Virus record (IMG/VR): IMGVR_UViG_3300049169_000004
Location: 1-35,744 of that record
Source of the DNA: a virus
Lineage: Duplodnaviria; Caudoviricetes
DNA: 35,744 bases
Strand: one strand, 5' to 3'
Part shown: in pieces, positions 1 through 8,206 of the stretch
Layout of the letters: the number at the start of each line of letters is the position of its first letter
How positions within the stretch are numbered: the stretch's first letter is position 1
Translations under genes and position numbers: made by a program
The notes under the pieces: model-generated
What the model saw: only the letters and a program-made list of their open reading frames with translations
What the model was told of the DNA's origin: nothing
Database searches by the model: none

Positions 1-83
1 GGGTTGGGGGCATACTTTTGCCATAGCGATCGCATCGGTTTTGCCATGCGATTTGCTATGGCACTTGCCATGCGATTTGCCAT
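1..83 (-). CDS. Partial ORF running off the window edge (MANRMASAIANRMAKPMRSLWQKYAPNP...), probably the repeat-containing/C-terminal part of the replication initiator
   Basis: ATG at 83 overlaps the TGA of 83..529 (TGATG). It encodes MAxx repeats and a PNP linker typical of the middle of actinophage initiators. Confidence 0.5.
   Translation of the reverse strand, partial: MANRMASAIANRMAKPMRSLWQKYAPN
18..83. repeat. Iteron-like repeats, candidate replication origin
   Basis: TTGC(C/T)AT at 18, 41, 53, 65 and 77 (12-bp period from 41). TTGCCATGCGATTTGC is duplicated exactly at 41-56 and 65-80. Confidence 0.6.
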
Positions 84-529
84 CACGCCGCCCCCTTTTT
101 CCCGGCCCAGCGCGCCGAAGCGCCTTTCTTGCCGGCCTCTTTCCGGGCTTCCTGGGTCTTTTTGATTTCCTCTGCGGATGGCTGATAAACGAGGTAGTCG
201 TGGACGTAGTAGCGGCGCCTTCCGGGCTGTGGGCAGTCCGGGCAGTCGTGCCCATCCTCATGCCATAGGCCGACCCGTAGAAGGTCGTGGATGGCGAGGG
301 GTGCGCAGTCGTCCTCCATGACGCCACCTAGCTCGCCAACGGTCGCCACGGTGTAGGCCAAGCCGTCGAAGTCGACCAGGCGCAGGGCTGCCGAGGTTGG
401 GATGTAGCCGTCCGTCAGGTTGCGGTTGCAGTACGCCATGCCCGTGATCCACGACGCGATGCTCAGCGGCGTCACGTCGGCGAACTTGGGGTGGTCGTAG
501 AAGTCGTCAGAGATGCGAACCCAGCCCAT
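83..529 (-). CDS. Replication initiator-like protein, N-terminal domain
   Basis: The N-terminus MGWVRISDDFYDHPK...AYCNRNLTDGYIP and the HDYLxYQPS motif are characteristic of actinophage RepA-like proteins. Confidence 0.7.
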   Translation of the reverse strand: MGWVRISDDFYDHPKFADVTPLSIASWITGMAYCNRNLTDGYIPTSAALRLVDFDGLAYTVATVGELGGVMEDDCAPLAIHDLLRVGLWHEDGHDCPDCPQPGRRRYYVHDYLVYQPSAEEIKKTQEARKEAGKKGASARWAGKKGAA

Positions 530-1353
530 CAGGCAGCACCGCCGAACAGGTCGGGCTCACCTAGCGGCCGGTTACTCCACAGCACCTCGACGCGATCCGT
601 GTCGCCGGAAAGCGTTGTCGCGCCTTGCAGGTTCATGCGATGCCAGTCGCCAAACAGGTCGGCGTACAGCGGCGAGTCGTAGCCGGACAGCACGACCGAC
701 GCCTTGCAGTCATTCAGTAGTCCGGCGAACGTGCGGTGAGCGCCGTCGTCTAACATCTCGACGCGGTAGTTGGTCGCGCGCGTGCTGCCCAGATAGGGAG
801 GGTCGACGTACAGGCAGGCGGTCGACTCTGAGCCGTAGTCGCGGATCACATCGAGCGCGTCTCGAGACTCAAGCGCGACGCTCCGTAGCCTCTCAGCCGC
901 GGGCGCTAGTCGAGCCACGTAGGCGTCGAGGTAATCCAAGTGTGAAGTGCCTCGTGCGGCAAAGTTGCGCACATGCTTCCAGCCGGTGGGCTTCATGCTT
1001 AGTGACCGACTCTGTGTTAGCCGCACCCATACACGGCGGGCCCGCTCAAGGTCGTCCGTACCGTCGAGGCCCTTCGCCAACTCAAACTCTGCGCGCGCAT
1101 GAGGTGTCAATGCCGCTACGCGCGCAAAGTCGGCGGGGCTGTCCCGGAGCACGCGCCAGAACGTCACCAGATCGCCGTCGAGATCATTCACTGTCTCAAT
1201 CGGCGCAGGCCGCTTGGCAAGTAGGACCGCCAATGACCCGGCGAACGGCTCGACGTAGTGAGCATGTGCCGGCAGAAGGTCCGCAATGACCGGCGCGAGT
1301 GTCGTCTTGCCGCCGTAGTAGGCGAACGGTGGTTTCAGAGGCTGTCGATCCAC
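529..1353 (-). CDS. DNA adenine methyltransferase (D12/Dam class)
   Basis: YYGGK, YVEPFAGS (SAM binding), NDLD and DPPY catalytic motifs. Confidence 0.92.
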   Translation of the reverse strand: MDRQPLKPPFAYYGGKTTLAPVIADLLPAHAHYVEPFAGSLAVLLAKRPAPIETVNDLDGDLVTFWRVLRDSPADFARVAALTPHARAEFELAKGLDGTDDLERARRVWVRLTQSRSLSMKPTGWKHVRNFAARGTSHLDYLDAYVARLAPAAERLRSVALESRDALDVIRDYGSESTACLYVDPPYLGSTRATNYRVEMLDDGAHRTFAGLLNDCKASVVLSGYDSPLYADLFGDWHRMNLQGATTLSGDTDRVEVLWSNRPLGEPDLFGGAA

Positions 1354-1583
1354 GTCTCCCCCTCGCGGCTGTCCCAGCTCGCCTTTTGCGCGGCGCGCTT
1401 CTTCTCAGCCTTCGTCTCGTGGAACGGCATGGCGCGCACGTCGTAGTAGGACTCAAACGCGGGGCATTCGGCGTGGCCGCAGTAGCAGCGCGCGGGTGCG
1501 CAGTAGCGCGTGCCGGGGCACGCGGCGCAGCACTCTGGGCGTGGTGGCTGCGCATCTGGCGCAGGGGTGGCATTATTAGCCAT
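1335..1583 (-). CDS. Cys-rich hypothetical protein (82 aa)
   Basis: ATG at 1583 behind an AAGGAG RBS; contains CCAAC, YC, CYCGH and EC. Confidence 0.6.
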   Translation of the reverse strand: MANNATPAPDAQPPRPECCAACPGTRYCAPARCYCGHAECPAFESYYDVRAMPFHETKAEKKRAAQKASWDSREGETWIDSL

Positions 1584-1727
1584 CAGTCGACTCCTTATCA
1601 GTCGGCGAGGCCCCTGGGAACGACGGTGTTGACGCACCGCCTGGGGGCCGCTTTGTGTCTCCATTGTCCCGCGTGTCGTTCGCCAAATCCGGGGACACGC
1701 CCAGCCCTGCTTGTATTGTTCGCCGGT

Positions 1728-1922
1728 TCACGACGCCTCCCTCTCAAGCCATGCGAGCACCACGGGATCGCCACTCAGTGCGTCCTCGAGCGCCTGCCGA
1801 TTGGCCTCTGCCTGCGCGGGCATGATCGGTTCCAGCTCGGGCGATGGTCGCGGTGTGACAGGTGCGAATCGCTCAGCCTCAAGGTGCGCGAGGACGTCAG
1901 CCAGAATCTGAGCCCGCTTCAT
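1728..1922 (-). CDS. Hypothetical protein (MKRAQILADV...)
   Basis: ATGA overlap with the upstream gene in the coupled operon. Confidence 0.6.
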   Translation of the reverse strand: MKRAQILADVLAHLEAERFAPVTPRPSPELEPIMPAQAEANRQALEDALSGDPVVLAWLEREAS

Positions 1923-2233
1923 GCGATGGCCTTCTCGACGCTGCGGCAGTCCCCGCACATCTCGGCGGTGTCGGCCTTCTTGACCTGTCGCTCCCGACCG
2001 CAGCGACGGCAGACGTGGATGCCGCTAGGTGGGGTGAGCAGCCATGGTGGGATCACGTTGCCGCCCGCATCCCATCCGGCGATCTGCAGGCGCTTGGCGA
2101 TGGACCGAGCTGCGACGCCGTGCTCGGCTGCGAGTGATTCAAGGGTGTCGCCGTTGCGCAGTGCCTCGGCGATCTCGTGGTTGCGTGGCAGTGGGGACTT
2201 CTTGAAGCGGTTGCGGATGATGTTGTGACTCAT
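1919..2233 (-). CDS. HTH plus Zn-ribbon DNA-binding protein
   Basis: TLESLAAEHGVAARSIAKRL helix-turn-helix; CRRC...CGDC. Confidence 0.65.
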   Translation of the reverse strand: MSHNIIRNRFKKSPLPRNHEIAEALRNGDTLESLAAEHGVAARSIAKRLQIAGWDAGGNVIPPWLLTPPSGIHVCRRCGRERQVKKADTAEMCGDCRSVEKAIA

Positions 2234-2655
2234 TACGCCACGTCCTTAGCCGCGCGGTAGGCCCGCTGATACTCGATGCGCGCCGCCTTGCAGGGGTCAC
2301 AGACGGCATCCTTGTGCGCCCTGTGGGCCGCCCAGCCCGCATACGTGCCGCACGCCGCACGGGGGCCGACTGGACGGTGCGCAGGTCGGACGGGCTTGCG
2401 TGTGGGTGCCTTCAACTGCCGCAACTGCGCCACCGAGAACCCTGCCCAGATTCCATAGCGGGGCAGCTCGTCTAGCGCGAGAACCGAGGCAAGGCACTCC
2501 TCACGCACGGGGCACACGTCGCGGCAGATCCGGGTCGCTTCCTTGGCTGCGCGGGCGTTACCTTCTCCCGTGCTTGGGAACCAGGCGTCGGGGTCCATCT
2601 GGGTGCAGGCTGCGTCTTTGGCCCAGCCGGCAGGGGTTGGGAGGAAGTCGATCAC
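2233..2655 (-). CDS. whiB: WhiB family transcription factor with a C-terminal Zn-finger-like extension
   Basis: W..AAC...DPDAWFP, CRDVCPVREEC and GIWAG motifs; C-terminal CGT...H..H...CDPC. Confidence 0.88.
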   Translation of the reverse strand: MIDFLPTPAGWAKDAACTQMDPDAWFPSTGEGNARAAKEATRICRDVCPVREECLASVLALDELPRYGIWAGFSVAQLRQLKAPTRKPVRPAHRPVGPRAACGTYAGWAAHRAHKDAVCDPCKAARIEYQRAYRAAKDVA

Positions 2656-2936
2656 TGTGCACTCCGTTCGGTGAGGGCGGCGGCGAGAGCGCGGTAGATC
2701 GCGGCAACAGTGTCAACGGATGCAGTGCTCGCGTCCCAGCCAGCCATAACCAGCGCCTCGTCGTCGGCCAGGGTGGCGGCGTCGATCACGGCACCAGAGG
2801 CGATGAGGTCGTCGGCCTTTCTGCGCCAGTACGCCTGACCGTCACTCCCGCACTTCTCCCAACCGTGGGGACAGGCTGACGAGTCGAGGCCATGCAACCC
2901 CTTCGCCAGCGCGTCTCGCGTGCTCAAGATGGTCAT
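2652..2936 (-). CDS. Hypothetical protein
   Basis: Coupled by overlaps at both ends; RBS GAGGAG. Confidence 0.65.
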   Translation of the reverse strand: MTILSTRDALAKGLHGLDSSACPHGWEKCGSDGQAYWRRKADDLIASGAVIDAATLADDEALVMAGWDASTASVDTVAAIYRALAAALTERSAQ

Positions 2937-3061
2937 CAGTTCTCCTCGTCGTCGTTGAGCCGGTCAGCGAGCCGCGCGGCAACCCACGCGGCGGCTTCGG
3001 CTAGGGCTATCCAGGCGGCGCAGATCAGCTCGCCTATCGGGTTGCGCAGGTAGGGGTTCAT
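2936..3061 (-). CDS. Small hypothetical protein (41 aa, MNPYLRNPIGELICAAWIAL...)
   Basis: Read manually; fills the gap with ATGA and TGATG overlaps. Confidence 0.6.
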   Translation of the reverse strand: MNPYLRNPIGELICAAWIALAEAAAWVAARLADRLNDDEEN

Positions 3062-3333
3062 GCGGCACCGCCGTCGAGCCGTTCGCGCTCGGCAGTAAGG
3101 GCTTGGCGAACCTCTCGCACGATCAGGTCTCGCCGCTTCGCCGTCGTCTCAGTGAGCAAGTAGGCGTAGGCGTTGATGACCGAGGCCGCCAGTAGCACGT
3201 CCTCACGGGTGGGCTCGGTGTAAGTCAGCCGCCACGCCAACCCGCCCTCCGGTGTGTCAAGCGGGGGCATTGGCCACGAGGAACCGTCGCTCAGGCGGAT
3301 GCGGTTGCCGTGGCGCACATACTCGGCACTCAC
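3058..3333 (-). CDS. Hypothetical protein (starts VSAEYVRHG)
   Basis: GTGA overlap with the upstream stop; 3' part of ORF 3058..3462. Confidence 0.6.
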   Translation of the reverse strand: MSAEYVRHGNRIRLSDGSSWPMPPLDTPEGGLAWRLTYTEPTREDVLLAASVINAYAYLLTETTAKRRDLIVREVRQALTAERERLDGGAA

Positions 3334-3491
3334 GCAGCACCGCCCATGTGGTCGCACGCGCAGGCGTGGTAGGTGCCGGTCTCCATGCAGGGGACGCTGT
3401 GGCACGACGAATGCACGGGCGGGGTGAGGTTGCAGGCTCCGCAGGTTTTGCACTGCTGGCACTCGTCGGAGGTGAGTTCGGGTCTAAACAT
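3330..3491 (-). CDS. Cys/His-rich small protein (53 aa)
   Basis: TGATG overlap; CQQCKTCGAC...C...C...HACACDH. Confidence 0.6.
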   Translation of the reverse strand: MFRPELTSDECQQCKTCGACNLTPPVHSSCHSVPCMETGTYHACACDHMGGAA

Positions 3492-3949
3492 CAGGCGGCC
3501 CCCCGCACGTCGAGGTGGCGTGCGGCTCGTTTCTTTGCTTGCACCTTCGCTTGTCGCATCTGCTGACAAGGCCAGCACATGCGACGGCCAGTGTCGGGCC
3601 GGATGTAGACGTTCGCGCCTTCAAGGACGTGCCCCCGTTGGCATGTGTTCGTTCGGCACGTTGTCGCCGAGAGGTGCGCTCCTCGAATGAAGTTCTCTTG
3701 GTGCGTCACGGCCTCTAAATGTGTCGGCTTGACACACCGCCGATTGCGGCAGAGGTGGTCGATCTGGAGACCCCGGGGGATTGGCCCTACGTAGAGTTCG
3801 TAGGAGAGGCGATGCGCCAGCCAACGGCTACCCTTTGGGCGCAGCTCGCTGTACCCGACTGAGTTGGGATTGGTTGTGAGTATCCAGCAGTTGGGGCCCA
3901 CAACAAGGCGCTTCCTAAACAAGCGGACTGCGTTGTCGAAGTCACTCAT
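3491..3949 (-). CDS. HNH endonuclease
   Basis: CW...GY...AHRLSYE...IDHLCRNRRCVKPTHLEAVTHQEN, plus a C-terminal CQRGH...CWPC finger. Confidence 0.9.
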   Translation of the reverse strand: MSDFDNAVRLFRKRLVVGPNCWILTTNPNSVGYSELRPKGSRWLAHRLSYELYVGPIPRGLQIDHLCRNRRCVKPTHLEAVTHQENFIRGAHLSATTCRTNTCQRGHVLEGANVYIRPDTGRRMCWPCQQMRQAKVQAKKRAARHLDVRGAA

Positions 3950-4737
3950 GCGACCGCACCTCCAAACAGGTTGAGTTGGCGTGTTTCGAGTGATCGCAGG
4001 AGGCGCTCTCGCCACGCAAGGGCAAAATGTGAGCAGTTCGCGCAGGTCTTCTTCGAGCAGTGGCGCACGCCGCGTAGCGCGTCTTGCCGCGCCGCATAGG
4101 ACCAGGCGAGCGAGTCCGCTGACACGAGTTGGTCGGCGTACATCGCCAACCCCGCCGTCTTCACACCGAAGCCGTGCATTTTGAGCCCGCGCCCCTTGAG
4201 GCTGTCGAAGATGGCCGCGATCTGGCCGGTAGCTTGGCGCCTACAAACGGAGCCGATGCCGACGACGGGCTGCGTGGTCAGGTCAACCCCTGCGGCCGCA
4301 TAGGCGTCGGCGTGCGCGTGGTAGTCGGCCATCTCCCAGCCCTGCAGTACAGGGATAAACGGCAGGTCGGGGGCAAGGTCGCGCAAGGTTAGGTAGTTCT
4401 CGACGGTGCGCGCCTGGTGCTCGGCGACAGTGAGCCCAGTCTTGGCGACGACCCACGGCTCGCACATCCAGTCCTGCGGGCTCGCCCACTCGAGGCGCCC
4501 CAACTCGTCGGCGTAGCGCCGCACGCTGGCGACGTACTCCTCGGGCGTGGTGCGCCAGCCGCCGAACAGGTTCAACTCGGTGAAGCCCCCGGAGTCCAAT
4601 GCCCACGGGGTGGTCGCGCGCGGGAATGGGGACTTGCGCTCACGCAGAACGCGATGGCTGATGAACAGCGGCACGTCACGGATCGTCCACAGCCAGGTTG
4701 GTCGGTGGGTGCCGAGGTAAAAGCGAAGGTCGCTCAT
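3946..4737 (-). CDS. dpdA: DpdA-like/TGT-fold transglycosylase (7-deazaguanine DNA modification family)
   Basis: WALDSGGF, QDWMCEP, PVLQG, GIGSVCRRQ, HGFGVK and SADSLAWS motifs; C-terminal CxxxxCxxC; adjacent to a VUT transporter. Confidence 0.8.
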   Translation of the reverse strand: MSDLRFYLGTHRPTWLWTIRDVPLFISHRVLRERKSPFPRATTPWALDSGGFTELNLFGGWRTTPEEYVASVRRYADELGRLEWASPQDWMCEPWVVAKTGLTVAEHQARTVENYLTLRDLAPDLPFIPVLQGWEMADYHAHADAYAAAGVDLTTQPVVGIGSVCRRQATGQIAAIFDSLKGRGLKMHGFGVKTAGLAMYADQLVSADSLAWSYAARQDALRGVRHCSKKTCANCSHFALAWRERLLRSLETRQLNLFGGAVA

Positions 4738-5228
4738 GCGATCACTCGCCGAACCCGCACGGCGGCGACGAGGGCGACGACGCCGAGCGTGATAATCAGC
4801 TTGCCAAAAACTTGACCGGGCAGCGCAGCCCACACAGGGAAGCCTGCGATCCACAGGAACAACACTGTGTCGACGAGCGAGCCGACGACGTTGGATGCGA
4901 CCGCCGCGCGGATGTAGCCACGCTTCCGCAGGGGTGTGTAGACGGCCAGGTCGGCGAGTTCGCTAGTCAAAAACGCAACCCCGCTGGCAATCGCAATGAA
5001 CGGCGCAGAGACGAGGAGCGACAGCGCAGCGCCCGCGGCGATGAGTACAACGGTCCAGCCCTTGCCGGCCGTGTCCTGTAGCGAGTCGCGCAGGACGAAC
5101 GTGGCGCCAGCGAAGAAGGTGCCGGCGGTCATGCCGATGCCGAGCATGGTGACCATGCCGAACTCGGTGGTGACGTAGTTGGCGGCGAGGATGCAGCCAA
5201 GGAAGGCCGCGATCAGTAGGGGCTTCAT
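4734..5228 (-). CDS. VUT family (YhhQ-like) queuosine-precursor transporter
   Basis: Highly hydrophobic 164 aa protein with ILAAN, AGT..AG.TF.LRD..Q, AF..SE..D..VY and SN..G...D...F motifs. Confidence 0.85.
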   Translation of the reverse strand: MKPLLIAAFLGCILAANYVTTEFGMVTMLGIGMTAGTFFAGATFVLRDSLQDTAGKGWTVVLIAAGAALSLLVSAPFIAIASGVAFLTSELADLAVYTPLRKRGYIRAAVASNVVGSLVDTVLFLWIAGFPVWAALPGQVFGKLIITLGVVALVAAVRVRRVIA

Positions 5229-5371
5229 CGCGTACCCCGCTCGTCCTCAACGTCAGCGCGGTCCGGGAGATCGTCAGCGTCGTAGTAGCTGGTGCCCACG
5301 CGACGCAACTCGCGGCGGTCGAAGCGTGCGGCGCGGAGGTGTTCCGCCAGGTCGTTCTCTGCGGTACTCAT
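5225..5371 (-). CDS. Small hypothetical protein (48 aa, MSTAENDLAEHL...)
   Basis: Read manually; ATGA overlaps on both sides. Confidence 0.6.
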   Translation of the reverse strand: MSTAENDLAEHLRAARFDRRELRRVGTSYYDADDLPDRADVEDERGTR

Positions 5372-6006
5372 GCTGGGTCGCCGATCAGCGGCTCGTCAGC
5401 GACGATCTCGCCCGTCTCGGGGTCGGCGTTCGGAACCTGCTCGACGCGGACCTCCTGGGGGCCGTTCTGTGCGGCCAGTGCGGCACCGAGGCCTGTCGCC
5501 TGCTGGGACTGCTGCTCGTCGGGGCGCTGCTCGTCGATCGCCGGCAAGCCAGTCACGTCGAACGCGCGACGCAGCGCATGTGCCTCTGCTGCCTTAAGGC
5601 TCATCTCCTGCGCGTAGTCACGGTTCCCGCCGTTGACCGCGTAGCGGCCGGGGAAGGTGAACGGGTGTCCCATGTCCTTGCGGTAGACGCTGACCCGCGA
5701 CACCCACTCGCGCTTGTCCTCGCTCAGTGTCGGCTCCTGCTCGACCACGATGCCGTCAAGCTGGCCGGAGCGGTGCGCAACGTGCAGTAGTCCGTCACGG
5801 GTGATGTAGACGCCACCCTTCGGGATGACAATGACGTGCTTGAGCAGCGGGTCAAGGTCGTACCGCTGCGCGACGGCGACTACGGCCTGCGAGCGCGGAT
5901 CGGTGGGGTTGAGGCCCAAGTAGGCGAGCACCTTGCCGGGGTCGACGGAGACGCCGCGGGCGACATTCTCGGTGTGCTGCTGGACGGTGGCGATGTCGCT
6001 GCTCAT
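5368..6006 (-). CDS. RecT/Bet-like single-strand annealing protein
   Basis: LDPL.KH, ITRDGL..VAHRSG.LDG and KAAEAHALRRAF motifs; lies downstream of a RecE-like nuclease. Confidence 0.8.
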   Translation of the reverse strand: MSSDIATVQQHTENVARGVSVDPGKVLAYLGLNPTDPRSQAVVAVAQRYDLDPLLKHVIVIPKGGVYITRDGLLHVAHRSGQLDGIVVEQEPTLSEDKREWVSRVSVYRKDMGHPFTFPGRYAVNGGNRDYAQEMSLKAAEAHALRRAFDVTGLPAIDEQRPDEQQSQQATGLGAALAAQNGPQEVRVEQVPNADPETGEIVADEPLIGDPA

Positions 6007-6512
6007 GCTGCGTTCCTCTTTCGGTTGTTGGAGCGGCGCTTAGCCGCAAGGCGGCATGTCCGGCATTGCCGGCCGCCGCTGGGGACGTGATAGGTGTTGA
6101 TCTCGTTGAATGGGTGGCCGTGCTTGCAGTGCGTCTTGCTGGCCATGGGGTGTGCGCCGTGGCGCACCTTGTCCCGCGTGTTGGCTGAGCGCGTGTCCCA
6201 CCGGAGGTTGTCGAGGCGGTTGTTCGCCTTGTCGCCGTCGTTATGGCAGCCCTCCATCCCTCCGGGGCATGGGTCAACGAAGGCGCTCAGCACGATGCGA
6301 TGCACTCGCATCTCGGTCCTGCGGTTGGCGCGGGTGAAAGTCACAACGCGGTAGCCATCTGGGGTTACCTGCTGCGTCAGGTTCCGCTCGCGGCGGTTGA
6401 TGAGCACTCCTGGACGCCCTGGAACGGATCGGGCGAGCGCCTTGGTGTTGCCGAGGTCGCTCACCTCGTAGTAGCCCTCCCACCCGGGGACTGCGCGCCA
6501 TTGTTCGGTCAT
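6003..6512 (-). CDS. NUMOD4-HNH homing-type endonuclease
   Basis: EQWRAVPGWEGYYEVSDLG (NUMOD4); VHR...CHNDGDKANNRLDNLRW; THCKHGH...CRTC. Confidence 0.92.
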   Translation of the reverse strand: MTEQWRAVPGWEGYYEVSDLGNTKALARSVPGRPGVLINRRERNLTQQVTPDGYRVVTFTRANRRTEMRVHRIVLSAFVDPCPGGMEGCHNDGDKANNRLDNLRWDTRSANTRDKVRHGAHPMASKTHCKHGHPFNEINTYHVPSGGRQCRTCRLAAKRRSNNRKRNAA

Positions 6513-7321
6513 GCGACAAGCTCCTCGGAATAGGTCTGGTCAGAAAGGCTGATGACGGCCGCGGTGTCGTCGGGCAGGTAGCCAGGCCAGATGCCCGACT
6601 CGCGGCAGTCGCGGAAGATCTCGAGCGCGTGGCGGTTGCGGTCGCGCGCTTCCCACAGGTCGTCGTCGCGCAACGTGGCGACGGTAACGAGGTAGGGGGG
6701 CTCCTTCATTTGGAACACGAAGGAGAACGCGAGGGCGGGGTGCCCCAGGTCGCGGGCGAGGTCGGTGTACCAAGCCGCCTGGGAGTCGTAGCCCCACTTC
6801 TTGACGGCGCCGTACTTGCCGGCGAGGTCGCGCGGGTCGACGCTGGCGGCCGTCTTGTAGTCCGTGACGAGTGCGGGTCCGAGGAGGTCGAAGCGGCAGC
6901 GACGCATGACGCCGGTTGCCTCGTCCTCTGCGTAGGCGCTGACCTCGGGGCGCCCCTCACTGAGCAGCCGCATGGCGAGGGTGTGCGACGAGAGGGCGTC
7001 GGCCATTGCCTGCACGCGCTGGTAGTCAGCCGTCAGGAGCGGCGTCTTGCCCTCAGCTCGCGCGGTCTCTCGCGCCTCTTTGGCGGCCTTGGTCTGCCAT
7101 GTGGGGGCGTCGATGACCTCGATCGGTGCGCCGACCCCAAGCACGAGCGCGTGAGCCGCTGACCCCACGTCGAACACGTCTTTGTGGACAGGGTGATCCT
7201 GCTGCCACTTGAACAGCGCGGGTGCCTTGAGCAGCACCTTCGCGCCCGAGACGGACAGGCTGTCGCGGTCAGCGTGGTACTCCCGCTCTGGGATGTCGTC
7301 ATAGAAGCCGGGGGCTCTCAT
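6509..7321 (-). CDS. RecE-like PD-(D/E)XK exonuclease
   Basis: YHAD..SLSVSGAK, GSAAH, EVS, RCRFD, DYKT and Y..QAAWY motifs. Confidence 0.88.
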   Translation of the reverse strand: MRAPGFYDDIPEREYHADRDSLSVSGAKVLLKAPALFKWQQDHPVHKDVFDVGSAAHALVLGVGAPIEVIDAPTWQTKAAKEARETARAEGKTPLLTADYQRVQAMADALSSHTLAMRLLSEGRPEVSAYAEDEATGVMRRCRFDLLGPALVTDYKTAASVDPRDLAGKYGAVKKWGYDSQAAWYTDLARDLGHPALAFSFVFQMKEPPYLVTVATLRDDDLWEARDRNRHALEIFRDCRESGIWPGYLPDDTAAVISLSDQTYSEELVA

Positions 7322-7494
7322 GCGTCGTCCTCCAGTTCAGTGATCTCGCCGCACTCCAGGCACTCGCGGGTAGCGGCGCCGAAGGACCACAGGAGGTCGA
7401 GGTGGGTGGTATCGGTTTCGCACGGGTCACACTGCGCGGAGGTTTCGCGCTCGCGGATCGGCTCGTCGGGCTGGTAGTAGGCGTCGGTGTTCAT
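7318..7494 (-). CDS. Small Zn-ribbon protein (58 aa)
   Basis: Read manually: MNTDAYYQP...CDPC...CLECG; ATGA overlaps. Confidence 0.6.
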   Translation of the reverse strand: MNTDAYYQPDEPIRERETSAQCDPCETDTTHLDLLWSFGAATRECLECGEITELEDDA

Positions 7495-7874
7495 GCGGCC
7501 CCCAAGTCCTCGATCTCGACCGTGATGCGGTGCGGACCTTGCTCGGGGTCGCGCCTCATGTCGGGGCCGATGACGTGCGAGTCGTCGTCGTCTGGCAGCA
7601 CTCGAGCGTCGATCAAGCCGTCGACAATCGGCTTAGCCACATAGGGATAGAGGTTTGTGACGTCGCGTCGGCGTTTGTCGGGGAAGCGAACCGTGACGAC
7701 GATCCGCGCCCGCTGATGCCAGGTCTCACCGACGTCGGCGTACCCATAGGCGTCGCAGGCTGCGTCGTGCGCGAGCTTCCGCCAGTACGCGCAGACGTTG
7801 GCGCGCACCATGTGATGGATGCGTCGGTTGCCGCTGACAAGGCGGGTCTGCACGATGTCGTCGAGGATGATCAC
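7491..7874 (-). CDS. RusA-like Holliday junction resolvase
   Basis: RRRDVTN...KPIVDGL....LPDDD motif. Confidence 0.8.
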   Translation of the reverse strand: MIILDDIVQTRLVSGNRRIHHMVRANVCAYWRKLAHDAACDAYGYADVGETWHQRARIVVTVRFPDKRRRDVTNLYPYVAKPIVDGLIDARVLPDDDDSHVIGPDMRRDPEQGPHRITVEIEDLGAA

Positions 7875-8206
7875 GAGGCGGCCCGTCCCGCCCACGTAGC
7901 GCGGTAGCGGTTGATGCGCGCCCGGTGTGTGTTGGCCTTGTTGGAACGGTCTAGCGCGACTACCTCGACGATGCCGAGCTCGATGGCCCGGTAGAACGCG
8001 CGGCCGATCCGGTTGCGGTTGACGCCTTCGGGAAGGTGTGGCCTCACATCGTTGGCTGTGAACTCCTGCCCAGACGCTGCGGCCTGTTCGATCGCGCCGA
8101 GGATGGCTTCAAGTTCGGCGGCCTTATCGGCTGCGTCGAGGTTGGCGAACGCCTGGTCGCGACCCTGCTCGGCGGCGAGTAGGGCTTCAAAGATCGGGGT
8201 GCTCAT
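7871..8206 (-). CDS. Hypothetical protein, possible winged helix
   Basis: FTANDVR...NRIG.AF; coupled to its neighbours. Confidence 0.65.
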   Translation of the reverse strand: MSTPIFEALLAAEQGRDQAFANLDAADKAAELEAILGAIEQAAASGQEFTANDVRPHLPEGVNRNRIGRAFYRAIELGIVEVVALDRSNKANTHRARINRYRATWAGRAAS

